This document shows positions 13,609-25,845 of a stretch of 64,000 bases of DNA, piece after piece. The DNA lies in contig NC_135263.1 of NCBI RefSeq assembly GCF_964204865.1, forward strand, positions 10,292,001-10,356,000, in the 5' to 3' direction. The notes beneath the pieces are model-generated. The model saw nothing but the letters and a program-made list of their open reading frames with translations, had not been told where the DNA came from and did no database searches. Source of the DNA: Styela clava. Its lineage: Eukaryota. A program made the translations under genes and the position numbers. Position 1 is the stretch's first letter, and every line of letters starts with the position of its first letter.

Positions 13609-14801
13609 TTAAACCATAAGTCCAAGTATTCCGGAGAGTATGCAGACGCACATAGATGTCCATCCTAGTGCAAAACTATATCCCCAGTCTACTCTGGCAG
13701 ATTCCACTGAATCGGCTTGTATTCCTGTATAGCAGGCCATCCCAGTCATTATAAAAACACCTGCATAAAGATAAAAATGAGTAATTCATTTCTACAAATT
13801 AGGTTTATTTTTCATATTCAATACAAAGAAAAGGTAAACAAATAATAGGGTCTAATTAAAAAGTAAACCACGATCTATCGTCCTAACACATGAATGCCCG
13901 AGAAAAAAAAAACTCCATTTCAGACTTTATTGGTTAAGTTGCTTGTTCGTATGGAGCTCCGACACAAAAAAAAAAATTATAGATATCCTGAACATCAAGT
14001 ATCTAATTTTATTATCTATCTATCAATAGCTTTGAGCTATCATATTGCAGGGTTTAAAAATAACATTTAAACTTTTCAATGTAAGTTATACTAACCGGCC
14101 AATAGCGCCAGCAGTGCTCCAACTCTTCCTCGTTTTTTATCGTTTTTATCGAAAGCACTCATTCCTGAAGCCACGATTCCACATAATATGATGATATCTG
14201 CCATGATTAGAAATGCCATTGCTACTTTTTCTGCATCTCCTTTCAGAACTAGAAAAAAGACTCATCATTGAGATTAAAGTTTTATATAGAATATTTTGGA
14301 ACTTTTATAAATTAATAAATATTTTGTTTTTAATATTTGCCTCAACCGTTTATATAAATTAGATATTTCTGGACACTGCTAATTTGTTATTGCTATCGGC
14401 AAAAAAATTAACAATATTCCGTTTATTTATATTCAAATTTTCCCTGGATTCCGCCCAATTGTTTTACTCCAGAGTTTGCAAATTTTTATTAATTGCCTCT
14501 GTATTTGATTTTTTTCCGTTTTGATGTCGCATTTTTACTGAGGATGTAGCATTCGAATATTCTGTATTATGTCTTTTTCTATTGATCTCGATTTAGGCAT
14601 AAATTTTGTTATTTTCGTACTTTCTTGTTTTTGTCCCTCCGAGTTGATAGAATAAAATAATCCTTTAGAATATCCAGATATTTTATTTGTTGATGGAATT
14701 GTGCTATCGTAATAGATCCATCCGGGTGTAGAAATTGAAATGATCGATAATATCAATGCAAATATCAACCCACCGCCACAAATAACTTGTTCATTGGTCA
14801 T
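13609..14801 (-). CDS. PMP22/EMP/claudin-superfamily tetraspan membrane protein, paralogue B (161 aa)
   Basis: Exons 14801-14621, 14248-14096 and 13760-13609; phase-1 GT-AG introns; total 486 nt. MTNEQVICGGGLIFALILSIISISTPGWIY..KGLFY..GDAEKVAMAF..LLAGVFIMTGMACYTG..VDWGYSFALGW..GLMV*. Confidence 0.9.
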
Positions 14802-17800
14802 ATTATCTGCTCCACTTTTCAATACCAATACGTTAAATGCAAGAAAAAGCTGTAATTTGTGAAAAAATAACCATCAATGTGTTATCATCAAAATATGACT
14901 TCTAGTTTTATTTTTATGCTTCTAGAAAAGAATATATTTGAAGATTTGTAGGTTTGGTTAATTTTAGGTTGGCAATGAATGTTCATGTTTTTTATTTACA
15001 TTCTATCAAAAAATGAGGGTTATCGCATATTTAAAACTAATTCATAAGGAAAGAAAACTCAATCAAGTCAAAAGTGTCCGAGATAGAGGCTCGAAACGAA
15101 TATAGCAAAGTTTAAATTTGGCCTGTACGATAACTCATCCCTTTACTAGTCACGGAAAAAATAGCTAATTTGTCAAGTTTTGAACAAAAAAAAAGTACCA
15201 TAATTAAAAGAGTTTAATAGAGACTAATGGCTAAAACCGATAAAAATGTACTGGACAATTACAGACAATCTTCTAATCTCTGTACATGATAGTAATTCAT
15301 TGAAGCTTCTACAATATGACGCTCACATTAATATTCATTCATACTGCTTCAAAGCTGAACAGATTTGTTATTAATATTTTGCACAAATTTCTAATTATAA
15401 CTTTCAATAACATGTCTCGGAAATGTATTTTTTTGTCGAACTAGATTAAATTTGAACCTCACATGTTGAATAGATGGCCCTATCTAAATTTTGCCTAATT
15501 CGGCCCAATAAGGTGGAGTATATCATAACATATGTATATTAATGCGAATATTTGCTTAGCAATTTTGCGCGTCGTCATTCAGCATAAACATTCTAAGGTC
15601 ATATTTCATTTCATAAAGCTTGACCACGCTAGATTAGAAAGCATTGCGTTGGAAATGCATGTAGGGCCTACTCGTTCCTAGCCTGTAGTAATTTGAAAAT
15701 CCGCATTTCGGAGATATAAAATTGATTACTCTTATGGAGATTCGTTGTAACAAATTAGATTGGCAGTGCGAAACCCTCTTCGGTCCTCCCAAAAATAGTA
15801 TATTCTACATATCAATTACGCAATATTGCGCAATGAAATGGATTCAAGTCCGACCTCAGCATAAACCTTACCTCTGAAGGCCTGACTATATATGGGGTAA
15901 ATCTGAGTGTTCCGACAGAACGCAAATTTTTTGTTGCCAGAAAATTGTCTTATTCAACTCTTAGAGCGCCAATTTGCAATTCTTCTATCAATACATTTTC
16001 AACTTTTAAACGAGGAACATAGAAATTGGGACTTGCTATGCGCCAAATTTTTTGAAAAAAAAACGACAAAATGAATGACCCGTTCATCAGTGATATTTTC
16101 CGTAAATTTTTGCTATTCCGTAATATTTTGATATAAAAAACACATTCAAAATAGTCACAGTTTATCTTATTCTATGTGAAATAGCAGTTTAAATAAAATT
16201 TGTCTGTTTGAGTCGGATTAAATTGTTTATGTTGGAAAAAAGTAGTTTTCTAACGAATGCGTTCCATGTATTTTCAAGACATGTGAATATGTGTGAACTA
16301 CTCAAAGTTGAAGTAAGGAAGGTTTGGAAATACTATTGTTGTGGTTGCTGTTGCTGAAAAAAATAGGTTTCTACTTGATCAAACGTTTTAAATATTATAA
16401 AGATAGTCAAACCTCCTAAGCTGAAATAACAAGTTTGCACTTGATCAATTGTTTTAAATCATTAATTGGTGAAAGAGGGACATATATTTTAGATGACTAT
16501 TACATTGATTCATTTCACTTTTTTTCACTGGGTTACCTGTAGCTTTTCAAAGTCAATTGATTTTTGTGAGGCTCGTTTGGAGGACCTTTCACTTTTGCGT
16601 CCACGTGCTTGAGTATTCAATTTTTTTTTTAACATTTTAAAAACATTGGTTGGATGGCTTAGTGGCTAGAGTAGAAAGTTGGTTTTACTATTTCTGTCGC
16701 ACGACTACTGAATTTTAACGAAGTATGAATATGATTTGCGACATCTTGCGGAATCAGTTGAACACAAAATTCATAAAACCGCGTCATAGTTCGTTCCATC
16801 GTATTCCAGACCAAGGTTCGAAATAGATATGATGTTAAATTGAGGAAAAAAGGATATCTTTGATGTGTTAACATTTTTAATGTAATAAAAATTTAACGGT
16901 AGAGCTTAATGGTTGGATATATTTCTTCGCGGTAGCTTCGGAACATCGACAAATTTCGGGTAATTGGATATTTATTGTACCTTATAAAATGTATAATAAA
17001 TATAAAATTCTTCAATTCTGTGATATGATACATATAGAAGTACTTGTTTGGTAAGTTACAATCTTGTCGGTAACCGTAGCGCAAACTTCTGTTGTGTATA
17101 TTAGGTTTCTCTAAGACGCAATTTCTCGTTCTGAGTGGGGTTAACGACCCACGTCTTGCTTGAGTTATTATGTCGTTATGTTTCAAAAATATCCAGAAAA
17201 TCATTACTGATATATTGTTATCTCACGCGGTAGGCATAAAACCAGTGACGATATAATATGTCCCCAATTTCTCCCATGAGAAAGGTCATCGTCCTAGATT
17301 CCGAATCCCTTATCTGGTGAGGAGTGTCATAACGTAATACCCGTAATGTCGATGAGGAATGAAGCACGTGCTGTGAAATATATCTCTTAAAAATGACACA
17401 AAATTATTTGCATTTTGTGGTATATTCTTTATCACATCCAACATCAAACCTTCAAAAAACGAAAATAAGAAATTGATGAATAATCAAATAGTAATTATGC
17501 TTTCATTCCTATAACTTTCAATCATATTGTCAAAAACTATCTTTGAAAGCTCTCAGAAGTAATTTAATAGCACTGAAAATAAATATTTTACTTATTAGTT
17601 TTAGCAGTTACAAATATTACGTTTCTCGGTGATGATGATTATTTCTTATGGTTAATGATTGAAAATATCAACAAGACAGTGGAATGAGTATGTATGTATT
17701 CAGCGCGAACACAACTTTTAGCTTTTTTGAAAGAAAAATTCTCACTATTCGTTCCATAATTCTCAGCATTGTATTTGCTGTCTGATATTATTGATATCCA

Positions 17801-18029
17801 AATTAATGTAAAGTATAAGCAGGGCTGCCATCGATATGAAACCAAAAATAAGGACATCAGGGAAGCAATAATAAAATAACAAATAACGAAATGTAACAAT
17901 AAAAATGTTTCTGTGTCAGTGCGACCCGTGTCTAATCCTACTTTGCACTAGAAAAGATTTGCTCCAGCAGTTCTTTATTCCTAGAAACTATCTTTTTCAT
18001 CTCACTTCTAAGTTGTATATTGATTCAAG

Positions 18030-18265
18030 GGTGCTCCCGAAGTATGCGAACCAAGATGGCGGACATCGGAACGTAACATGGGTAACAGGTTAGGGTTAGG
18101 CGATAATTTCTTTCCAATTTTCATTATTTCAGTTCTATTATCAGTTCGAAGACTAGCCAAGAGCCTCCCGTAGTATTTATACTTAAAATTATGGCCTAAC
18201 CCTAACCTAGTACACATATTACATCCCGATGTCCGCCATCTTGGTTCGCATACTTCGGGAGCCCC
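18030..18265. mobile_element. Palindromic MITE with long TIRs and 8-bp TSD (Merlin-like)
   Basis: About 80-bp imperfect TIRs, from ggtgctcccgaagtatgcgaaccaagatggcggacatcgg..ggttagggttagg to cctaaccctaacc..ccgatgtccgccatcttggttcgcatacttcgggagcccc. Exact flanking direct repeat GATTCAAG at 18022-18029 and 18266-18273. GG termini with an 8-bp TSD fit the Merlin superfamily. Confidence 0.85.
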
Positions 18266-18791
18266 GATTCAAGTTACACAACTGATCTTTGCTGGTAGGC
18301 TATTGTTTTGTCATTGTGGCAAATAATTTGCTGTTATTGAGTCATGAATGCGCGTAGCAAATAATAAGGTTCTAATATCATTCTTATCAAATCATTTATT
18401 CACATTGACCAAACTAAGTACTCGGTATAAGACCCTCTACACCTGGAATAAGACAAAAAATAAGGACGTTTTCTAGAAATCGGACAAAAATATTTTCTAA
18501 GACATGGCAGCCCTGAGTATAAGACATGCTTTTGTAATTTTCTCACATCGGTTGCTTAATTCAAACTAATTAAAACCCCTTCCGATCTACATCAATAGAA
18601 ACGATTCAATGTTTGAATTAAATCAGTAATATTTTTTTTATTGAATTAATTGGAAATCTGTTGAAAATTTGTATAATAATTTTTTTTTGCGGATATAATT
18701 AGAATAAACTCTCTAGCCTACCCCATACCAGTCGGAAGCAGAGTAAAATATTCTGACCAAATTTTTCTCTCATTAAAATTCAATCTCTCAT

Positions 18792-19111
18792 TAAAATTCC
18801 AGGAATTACGATCGCGCTAGGAAACCACAGCTCTTCTCTTCCAGAGATCAAATGAGAATGTTGCAAAGTTAAAAATAAAATAGCAGATAAGTTGAATGGT
18901 AGAATTAGAAGACGCAGTGGATAACACGTATATACTTGTAAGAATAGTAAAAATATACAGACGCAGTTTTTCAATCTTTCGTAAAATTCCAGAAATTGCG
19001 ATCGCGCTAGAAATCCATAGAATTTCTCTTCCAGAGATCGAATGAGAATATTACGAAGTTGAAAAAATAGTAGATGAATAGTAGACCTAAAATACACAGT
19101 AGAAAACACGT
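18792..19111. repeat. Diverged direct duplication, period about 190 bp
   Basis: taaaattccag(g/a)aatt(a/g)cgatcgcgctag...tctcttccagagatc(a/g)aatgagaat...aacacgt occurs at about 18792 and about 18982. Confidence 0.75.
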
Positions 19112-19794
19112 GATGGGCGGGAAACAATTTTTAGCTCAGCTCGATTAAGAATAAATAGGGGATGTAGCACTGTCGAAATGTCACCATTCGATTTGTATAT
19201 CGACTCTAATGTGCGGGACACACCTAGAATTATATCAAGATAAAGTTACAAATAGTGGTGTCGTTTCCCTTTACGCATGCTATCTAAGAAGAAAAACGAG
19301 AAGAAATTTGCCGCATTGGATTTGAGGTTTTGAAAGCCAGCGCGTATCTAATATATAGGACGTCTTGTACAGCTTTTTCTATTTAGGAAGTAAGTTATAA
19401 AGCAATATTTTTTTCTGATTAGCATATAGCAAGTAATTTACTTCAAATTGTTCAAATCTTGTTTATTTGAAATTTATCATCTGGTATTATGCTAGAGGCG
19501 TAAACGAGCGTTAAAATAATAAATAATAAATAAACTCAAAAAATGATTTCTGGAACCGATTATTCGAAGGAAAAACTCTGTCTCGATCTATTCAATCTTT
19601 TTACTACCACCCTGTGTCCTTTTTTTAATGAACATTTTGCGATGAAACTTGTTGCATAACTCGTAACCAACTTTGCACAAGGTAAAGTTTATAGCATCTT
19701 TACTGCTATCGTTGAAAAGAGGGTTTCGATTGACTAAAAATCAAATTACACTTTAAATATTTTAGTACAAATTATATATTGATATTCTATAAAT

Positions 19795-21790
19795 ATGGGA
19801 ATTCTTCGACTTGGAAGTGGTGGTGGACTTGTGTTTGCACTTATTTTTGATATTATTGCTCTTTCAACACCTGGATGGATTTATGTGAACCCTTCTTCAT
19901 GCACAAATTGCGATTATGCTCAAGGATTGTTTCAAAATGTTTCCGGAAACACAACAACGGAAAGTAAGCACATATATATATATTTGGAATTGTACGTCAT
20001 TGTTAAACACTAAAATTGTTTCAGTTTTAAATGCTTCTTATGCTGGTGAGGAAAGTTTAGTTCATAAAATATGAACTCACTAATCGTGACGACTATGGCT
20101 TAGCCTTAGACCCGACTGCCAGTATGTATGGTTTCCTGGCTTCGAATGCTGTATAGCCCAAAAAAGCGACATTTGAAAATGTCGTTTTGAAAAAATGAGG
20201 AAAACGAATTTTTTTCGATTTTTAAAAGTAATTTTTATTGGAATACTTTGATAAACATTGCCTAAAATCTTTATCATGGACCAGCTTTTTATCAGCACCT
20301 ATTTCTTTATAATTTTTTTTATACCCTTTTTTTTCATATTTCTAAATGTTCCTTTTTGTCTTGAAGCATTTTTCAAATTTTAGGTAAGCAGACATGTTGC
20401 TGTTACATTCTGCTCGGTTTTCCAAGTAAAAGACTAATAGTGTATTCGGAATTGTAGACTCGTCGTGTATTAGTAGGCTTACTCAAGCTTATTAGTGAAT
20501 TTGGCACTCCGTGCGTGTATCGTTGCTCAACAATGACGTGTTTTTAGTTATACACTATAAAAGTCGCCCATACTATAGAACGTGATTTGGCATTTATTAA
20601 TTTACATTTTTTCTTTTTCCAGCAATCCGAGGTGATGCAGAAAAGGTTGCCATATCCTTTCAGATAATGGGTGACGTCATACTGATATGTGCAGCCATAG
20701 CTTTATGTATTGGCGGTGGAAAAAAGGGTCAAGAAGTTGTAGGAAAAGTAGGAGGAGTTTTGTCTTTCGTGGCAGGTATGACAACGTTTATGAATTGCAT
20801 TTATCATTCAGTACAATTGATGATTTTGACCAAATATGAACAGACGGGATCATGTATTTGATTGTAGATTAGATTTGTTTATTTGTTTATTAACATGGTT
20901 GGTATTTTGCAAACTCAAGATTATCAAGCAACAATTTCAAAACCACTTCAATGCAATAATTGATTTATCGAGTCGAGAATCTCAAACTTCGATTTTCGAC
21001 TCCTGATTGACATAAATTTCGACTTTCAGTTCGAGTTAGCAGATGTGACTCTTATAATAAGAGATATTCACTTTCAAAAACCTAAACGTTTGTCAACCTT
21101 CATATAATTGACCCCAAATTCCGACGACTCTGAATCCAGATTGAAAAAATCCTGAATTCTGAAATTTCGAGACACAGCTAAGACTCCAACTATTGTTGGA
21201 CACGAAGTGTATCCATGGATCGTTTAGTTATTATGTTGTTGTTGTTATTCTTTTCTTTGGTGCTGTGAAAAATTGACTTCCTATTCAACTACTGGGCCAA
21301 TTGCTTTGAATGAGGATTTTAGTTGTTGAAGATCGTGTTGTCACTAGAGATCTGTTATTTCGCTGTTTAAATTTAATTCCGGAGAACGCCGTTTTTCTTT
21401 CCGCCAAGCGTGACGACCGACGTCAAGGCTGTTCTTCGTTTTGATTTTGTGAACTTGCCACGTTTTCGTATGGGTCGTTACTGGCACTACCGTTAGCTAT
21501 TGGATTTTCGTTTCCATATATTTGCACTCTTGTTTGACTTAGAAGTAGTCACAGCCTCGGTCTATGATAAGCAAGCAGGATGTTATATTCACTTAATTGC
21601 CAAACGTTCACATTTTTCACATTTTTTTCAACCAGGTATATTTATTATGATTGGAGTTGCAAGTTATACCGGACTCTATGCTTCTTTCGTCGAAGAGAAA
21701 AACGTCGACTGGGGTTACAGTTTTGCCTTTGCTTGGACGGCTTCTTGCATTTGTATTATTGCGGCACCCTTAGCATTTATAGATAAATAA
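19795..21790 (+). CDS. PMP22/EMP/claudin-superfamily tetraspan membrane protein, paralogue C (158 aa)
   Basis: Exons 19795-19963, 20623-20775 and 21636-21790; phase-1 GT-AG introns at the same positions as paralogues A and B; total 477 nt. STPGWIY..CTNC..QGLFQ..GDAEKVAISF..FVAGIFIMIGVASYTG..VDWGYSFAFAW..FIDK*. Confidence 0.9.
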
Positions 21791-22262
21791 CTTATAGACA
21801 ATTGAAAACCAGGAAACACGGATATGAATGTTAAAAAAACGACCGTGTTTCGTTGGGCTTAACCTTTTTATGTTATTAAAATTGATTTGTAAATTATTAC
21901 AGTGACTACAATAAATACTTTTTTTCCAAATTTCTAGACTGTGCTCAAGTACAAAAAATTGTCTCATTTATTTTTTGTATTCCATAGAATTCCAACAATC
22001 ATTTTACATTACTAGACGCCCTTGTACAAGTAATCTTAAAAGTTTAAAGCCCCGTGAAAGACCTCGGTGTATTTATGAACCTACTTAGAGTGGCCCAGTT
22101 TCTTTTTATTCACATTAGATTCGTCTTGCCTGTCGTGGTCGCTTTTCATTTTAACACCATATCTATTTCAATATAAAAAATGCCAATAAAATTTTTTATT
22201 AATCAAAGACGGTTCATTAAAACGAAACGAACTTGTGTTTGATAATCATCATTTTAACTCAA

Positions 22263-22575
22263 TGTTAACATAAAATCTTGGTTGTAATTTTGTATTTGTT
22301 GATGTTTTATTACTTGATTTTTTTGATCCCTTTTTTTATCAAATTTTGGTAATTATCTGGCCGGAGGTTCTCTATTAATGATTAATGGCAAACAAGGAAA
22401 ATCCCGTTACTCTATATGTTAACACAAAATCTTGGTTGTAATATTGGTTGGTGCTATTTTATATTTGTTAACGATTTAGTACTTGATTTTTTTGATCTAT
22501 CTTTTATCAAATTTTGGTAAATGTCTGGCTGGGGATTCTCTATTGATGATTAGGGGCGAATAAGGAAAATCCCTT
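22263..22575. repeat. Tandem duplication, two copies of about 155 bp
   Basis: tgttaaca(t/c)aaaatcttggttgtaat...tacttgatttttttgatc...atcaaattttggtaa...aaggaaaatccc is present twice head-to-tail. Confidence 0.8.
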
Positions 22576-25103
22576 TGTTTCCAGATAGACACGTCAGTTC
22601 AGTGGTAATCAAATTGTCATGATTATTTCAGTGTTATTTTTTGTTTTCGAATTTTTTTTTTTGTCAAAGAGGGAAAGAAAAATACATGGCTAGAGCCTTC
22701 GATCGGAGTGTGGTGTTTAGCTGTAACTGGGATACGAAGATAACTTCACCGATGTGAAGTCAAATTTAAAAACTTGGAAACGTAAAACTTCAAACTTCAA
22801 GTCATCAAAACAAGAATTTTAGCCAATAATTACCATATCCTATTTATATGTTGATGTTTTTTTTCAAATCAATTTTCAAAAAATAAAAAAATAAAAAATT
22901 ATATTTGGAAGCAATGATAAATAAACGTCCACAAATAAACATAATAAAAGTTTGATTTGGTCTAGGTAATTTCATTAATGTTGTATTGTGAGACGATATG
23001 ATTCATGGCTAATAATTAAAATTTGAAACTGAAATAGTATATCGCATTATTTGGATTCATATAACGAAACTAATTAAGCATTGGACTGAGTGAAAAGCAT
23101 TGGCGCAAGATCATACTTTGAACAGAGCATACTGGATTAAAGAGTAGAAGATAACCCTATTCATTTATTACAAATATCCACCAAACATTCTGAATTCATT
23201 ACTCAGTCACATTGCGGAATTCAGAGAGTAAATACATGTTTGACTAAGAGATGTTAAACATGGGATATGTATGTCAATAAAATTATAAGCTAATGGTAAC
23301 CCCGGCATCCATTTCTGAGATTTACATTTGTTAAAGGGATCATAACATATTCCCAGATATTTTAAAGAGTCTATCAAAAATGGACTATCGATGTAACCTT
23401 CCTTTAATTCTAACCATATTATTGCTTTATACCAAGCATTTAAGTGGAATACACGTGGATTGAAGAAATATTTTGTGATCTCAATTTTATTCCTTTCACT
23501 AAAAGAAAATTTGCTACTACTTGCGGCCCTAACTAACGCGGAGCCCTGTGTGAAACTAATTGGGGGATCGCTTATTTTAAGTCGGGGTAGAGATAATAAC
23601 TAATTCATTAATTTTTTAATGAATTAAGTAAATTCAATAATTCACACTTAGAATGTGCATGGGGCCTAAGAAAGGGAGGGTCTCCCTGCGGCCGCCTAGG
23701 TCAAAGTGATCTAAAGACAATAGCAATTATGTTTCCCCGACTATTGACTCCAGAAAATTCTTCCTATACTTTACCATTAGAAAATTATTGATGCCCATAT
23801 TGGAAGTGTTTCTCGAGTCGAAGCTTACAAACATGTTTACATGTTCATAACCATCATTATGATTTGAAATATATAATCATCTGTCATTTTTATCACCTCA
23901 AAAAGCAACGAAACCGCGGAAGCCAGAATGGCTATTGATTATCTGAATATTATTTGCATTTGATCGGATCAAACGTATGCCACGTGGTGGCGCAATACAC
24001 ATAAATATAGAAAAATTTGAAATATCAATCGAATATCGGAATTTGAAGAAAAAGAAGTAATAGACTTTTAACCATATTCAAAGTACAAAAAATTTGCAAA
24101 CAATTTTTTCACTAGTTTCGAAAAAAAAATCTTTCCCTACAACAAATGTCACCCACCCCAACAATAACAACAACAATTAAGCAAAACAATTCCTATGAGC
24201 ACTTCGAGCGCAAAAACGTATTTTGAAATAATACCAAAATCAAGATATTAATAACACTAATTAAATATGCCTGAAATGGGCCCCTCAGTGCAGTTAATTT
24301 CAACAACATTTTTATTCAGATTAGTTCAAATCAAGGTCGCTATCTATATACTAAAAGTGGAGCGTATATTTACTGCAGAACAGCACGGACAACTAGCTAA
24401 ATTTACAGTACTGGTCCTTTGTCATGGAAGTTCAAAACACTGTTGCCTTTCGTCGTTCCACTCGAGCGGCGAAGACGAATGTGATGATTTTTGTTGTTTA
24501 TTATGATAAAACACTTTCTGGAAAGACTTTCTGGAAAGAGCTGGAATGCTTTCAATACAAAAGTAACGAGATATTCTTATATATATATATACCTGTAAAA
24601 CTATTGTTCTGATTGTTGGTACAATAAGGTGTATGCCTAGATCGAAAACTAGATTTCCATCAAAGTAAACATACGGGTATATAGATATTATATTATACGT
24701 AAACCTAGTATGCAAAATACTTCCGCGTCATTGCATCTGAATATGTTTTGATCGGTTATTTAAACAAAGTCACTTTAAAGAAACGCTATCGTAAAACATA
24801 CATGAGATTGAAAGCAAACGAATTGTAAAGACCGTTATAATTTTCAAGCAACATAACCTAAATATCATACTCATTGGTACAATATATATCTCAACAGTAC
24901 ACCTATGGTTTTCTATTAAAAAGCACATCTTCACCCGTTTAGTTTACATTAATGAGACTAATCATTTCCTGAAAAAAAAAAATTTGTATTCGGTCATAAT
25001 TATTATAATTCTTCTTAATCTTCTATGTTCTTCTAAAGAAACCCTATGCATATATCTTGGACTCACGCGTAAAAAGTCAGTGTATAATAATAGGGTGTGT
25101 TGA

Positions 25104-25347
25104 GTGTAAATTTGTAATTAATTTTGTCTAAATGTACTTCATTGTTTAGTAGTTTTAGCATAAAAAATTTGGTACTCCTGGAGTATGCGAACCAAGATGT
25201 CGCATAACCTGAACCCTAACCTGGTACACAACCTGAGTTCAGGTTGTGCGCCATATTGTTGCGCATACTTCAGGAGGTCCAAATTTTTTATGCTAAAACT
25301 ACTAAACAATGAAGTACATTTAGACAAAATTAATTACAAATTTACAC
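25104..25347. repeat. Perfect 69-bp inverted repeat enclosing a short Merlin-like MITE copy
   Basis: 25104-25172 is the exact reverse complement of 25279-25347. The spacer ggtactcctggagtatgcgaaccaagatg..aaccctaacc..cgcatacttcaggaggtcc matches the 18030 MITE family. Confidence 0.9.
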
Positions 25348-25750
25348 AAAAAGTACATTCTGGTATAAAACCTTATAGAACCATAAAATCATAAGCTCCT
25401 GTATTACTGCATTATTTGTGATGAACAACAATAGTTTTTCCAATAACAATGTTCTTAGATCAACCAAGATAAATTATTTGGCAGAGAGAGCAAAGTTCAT
25501 TGAATTCGTATTGAGTCTAATTTCTAAGCTATTCAGAATCCCATGCATCAGAAACGAGTGAGGAAACTTTTACTTTCCTATGATGTTTGAGATTGAGATT
25601 TATTTCGATCCTCGGCGTTTTGGATAGGTAATTATATCTTTACAGGTAAAGATGAACTTGAAAGTTTTCTTCATTTTTGCAAAAATATACTTTTTATTTA
25701 ACAGTGCGGTTTTGAAATAACATTGAAGTAACCTTCGTATAAGATAAAGC

Positions 25751-25845
25751 GGTACTCCCGTAGTATAGGAACCAGGTCAGGGTTAGGCCATAATTTTATT
25801 TCAATTTTCCTTATTTTAGTTCTATTACGAGTTCGGGGACTGTCT
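25751..25845. mobile_element. Partial copy of the Merlin-like MITE family
   Basis: ggtactcccgtagtat..cagggttaggccataatttt..ttttagttctattacgagttcg aligns by eye to 18030-18150. Confidence 0.6.

Noticed and set aside
18088-18208. Interstitial telomere (TTAGGG)
   Set aside because: Only about two units per arm, embedded in MITE TIRs.
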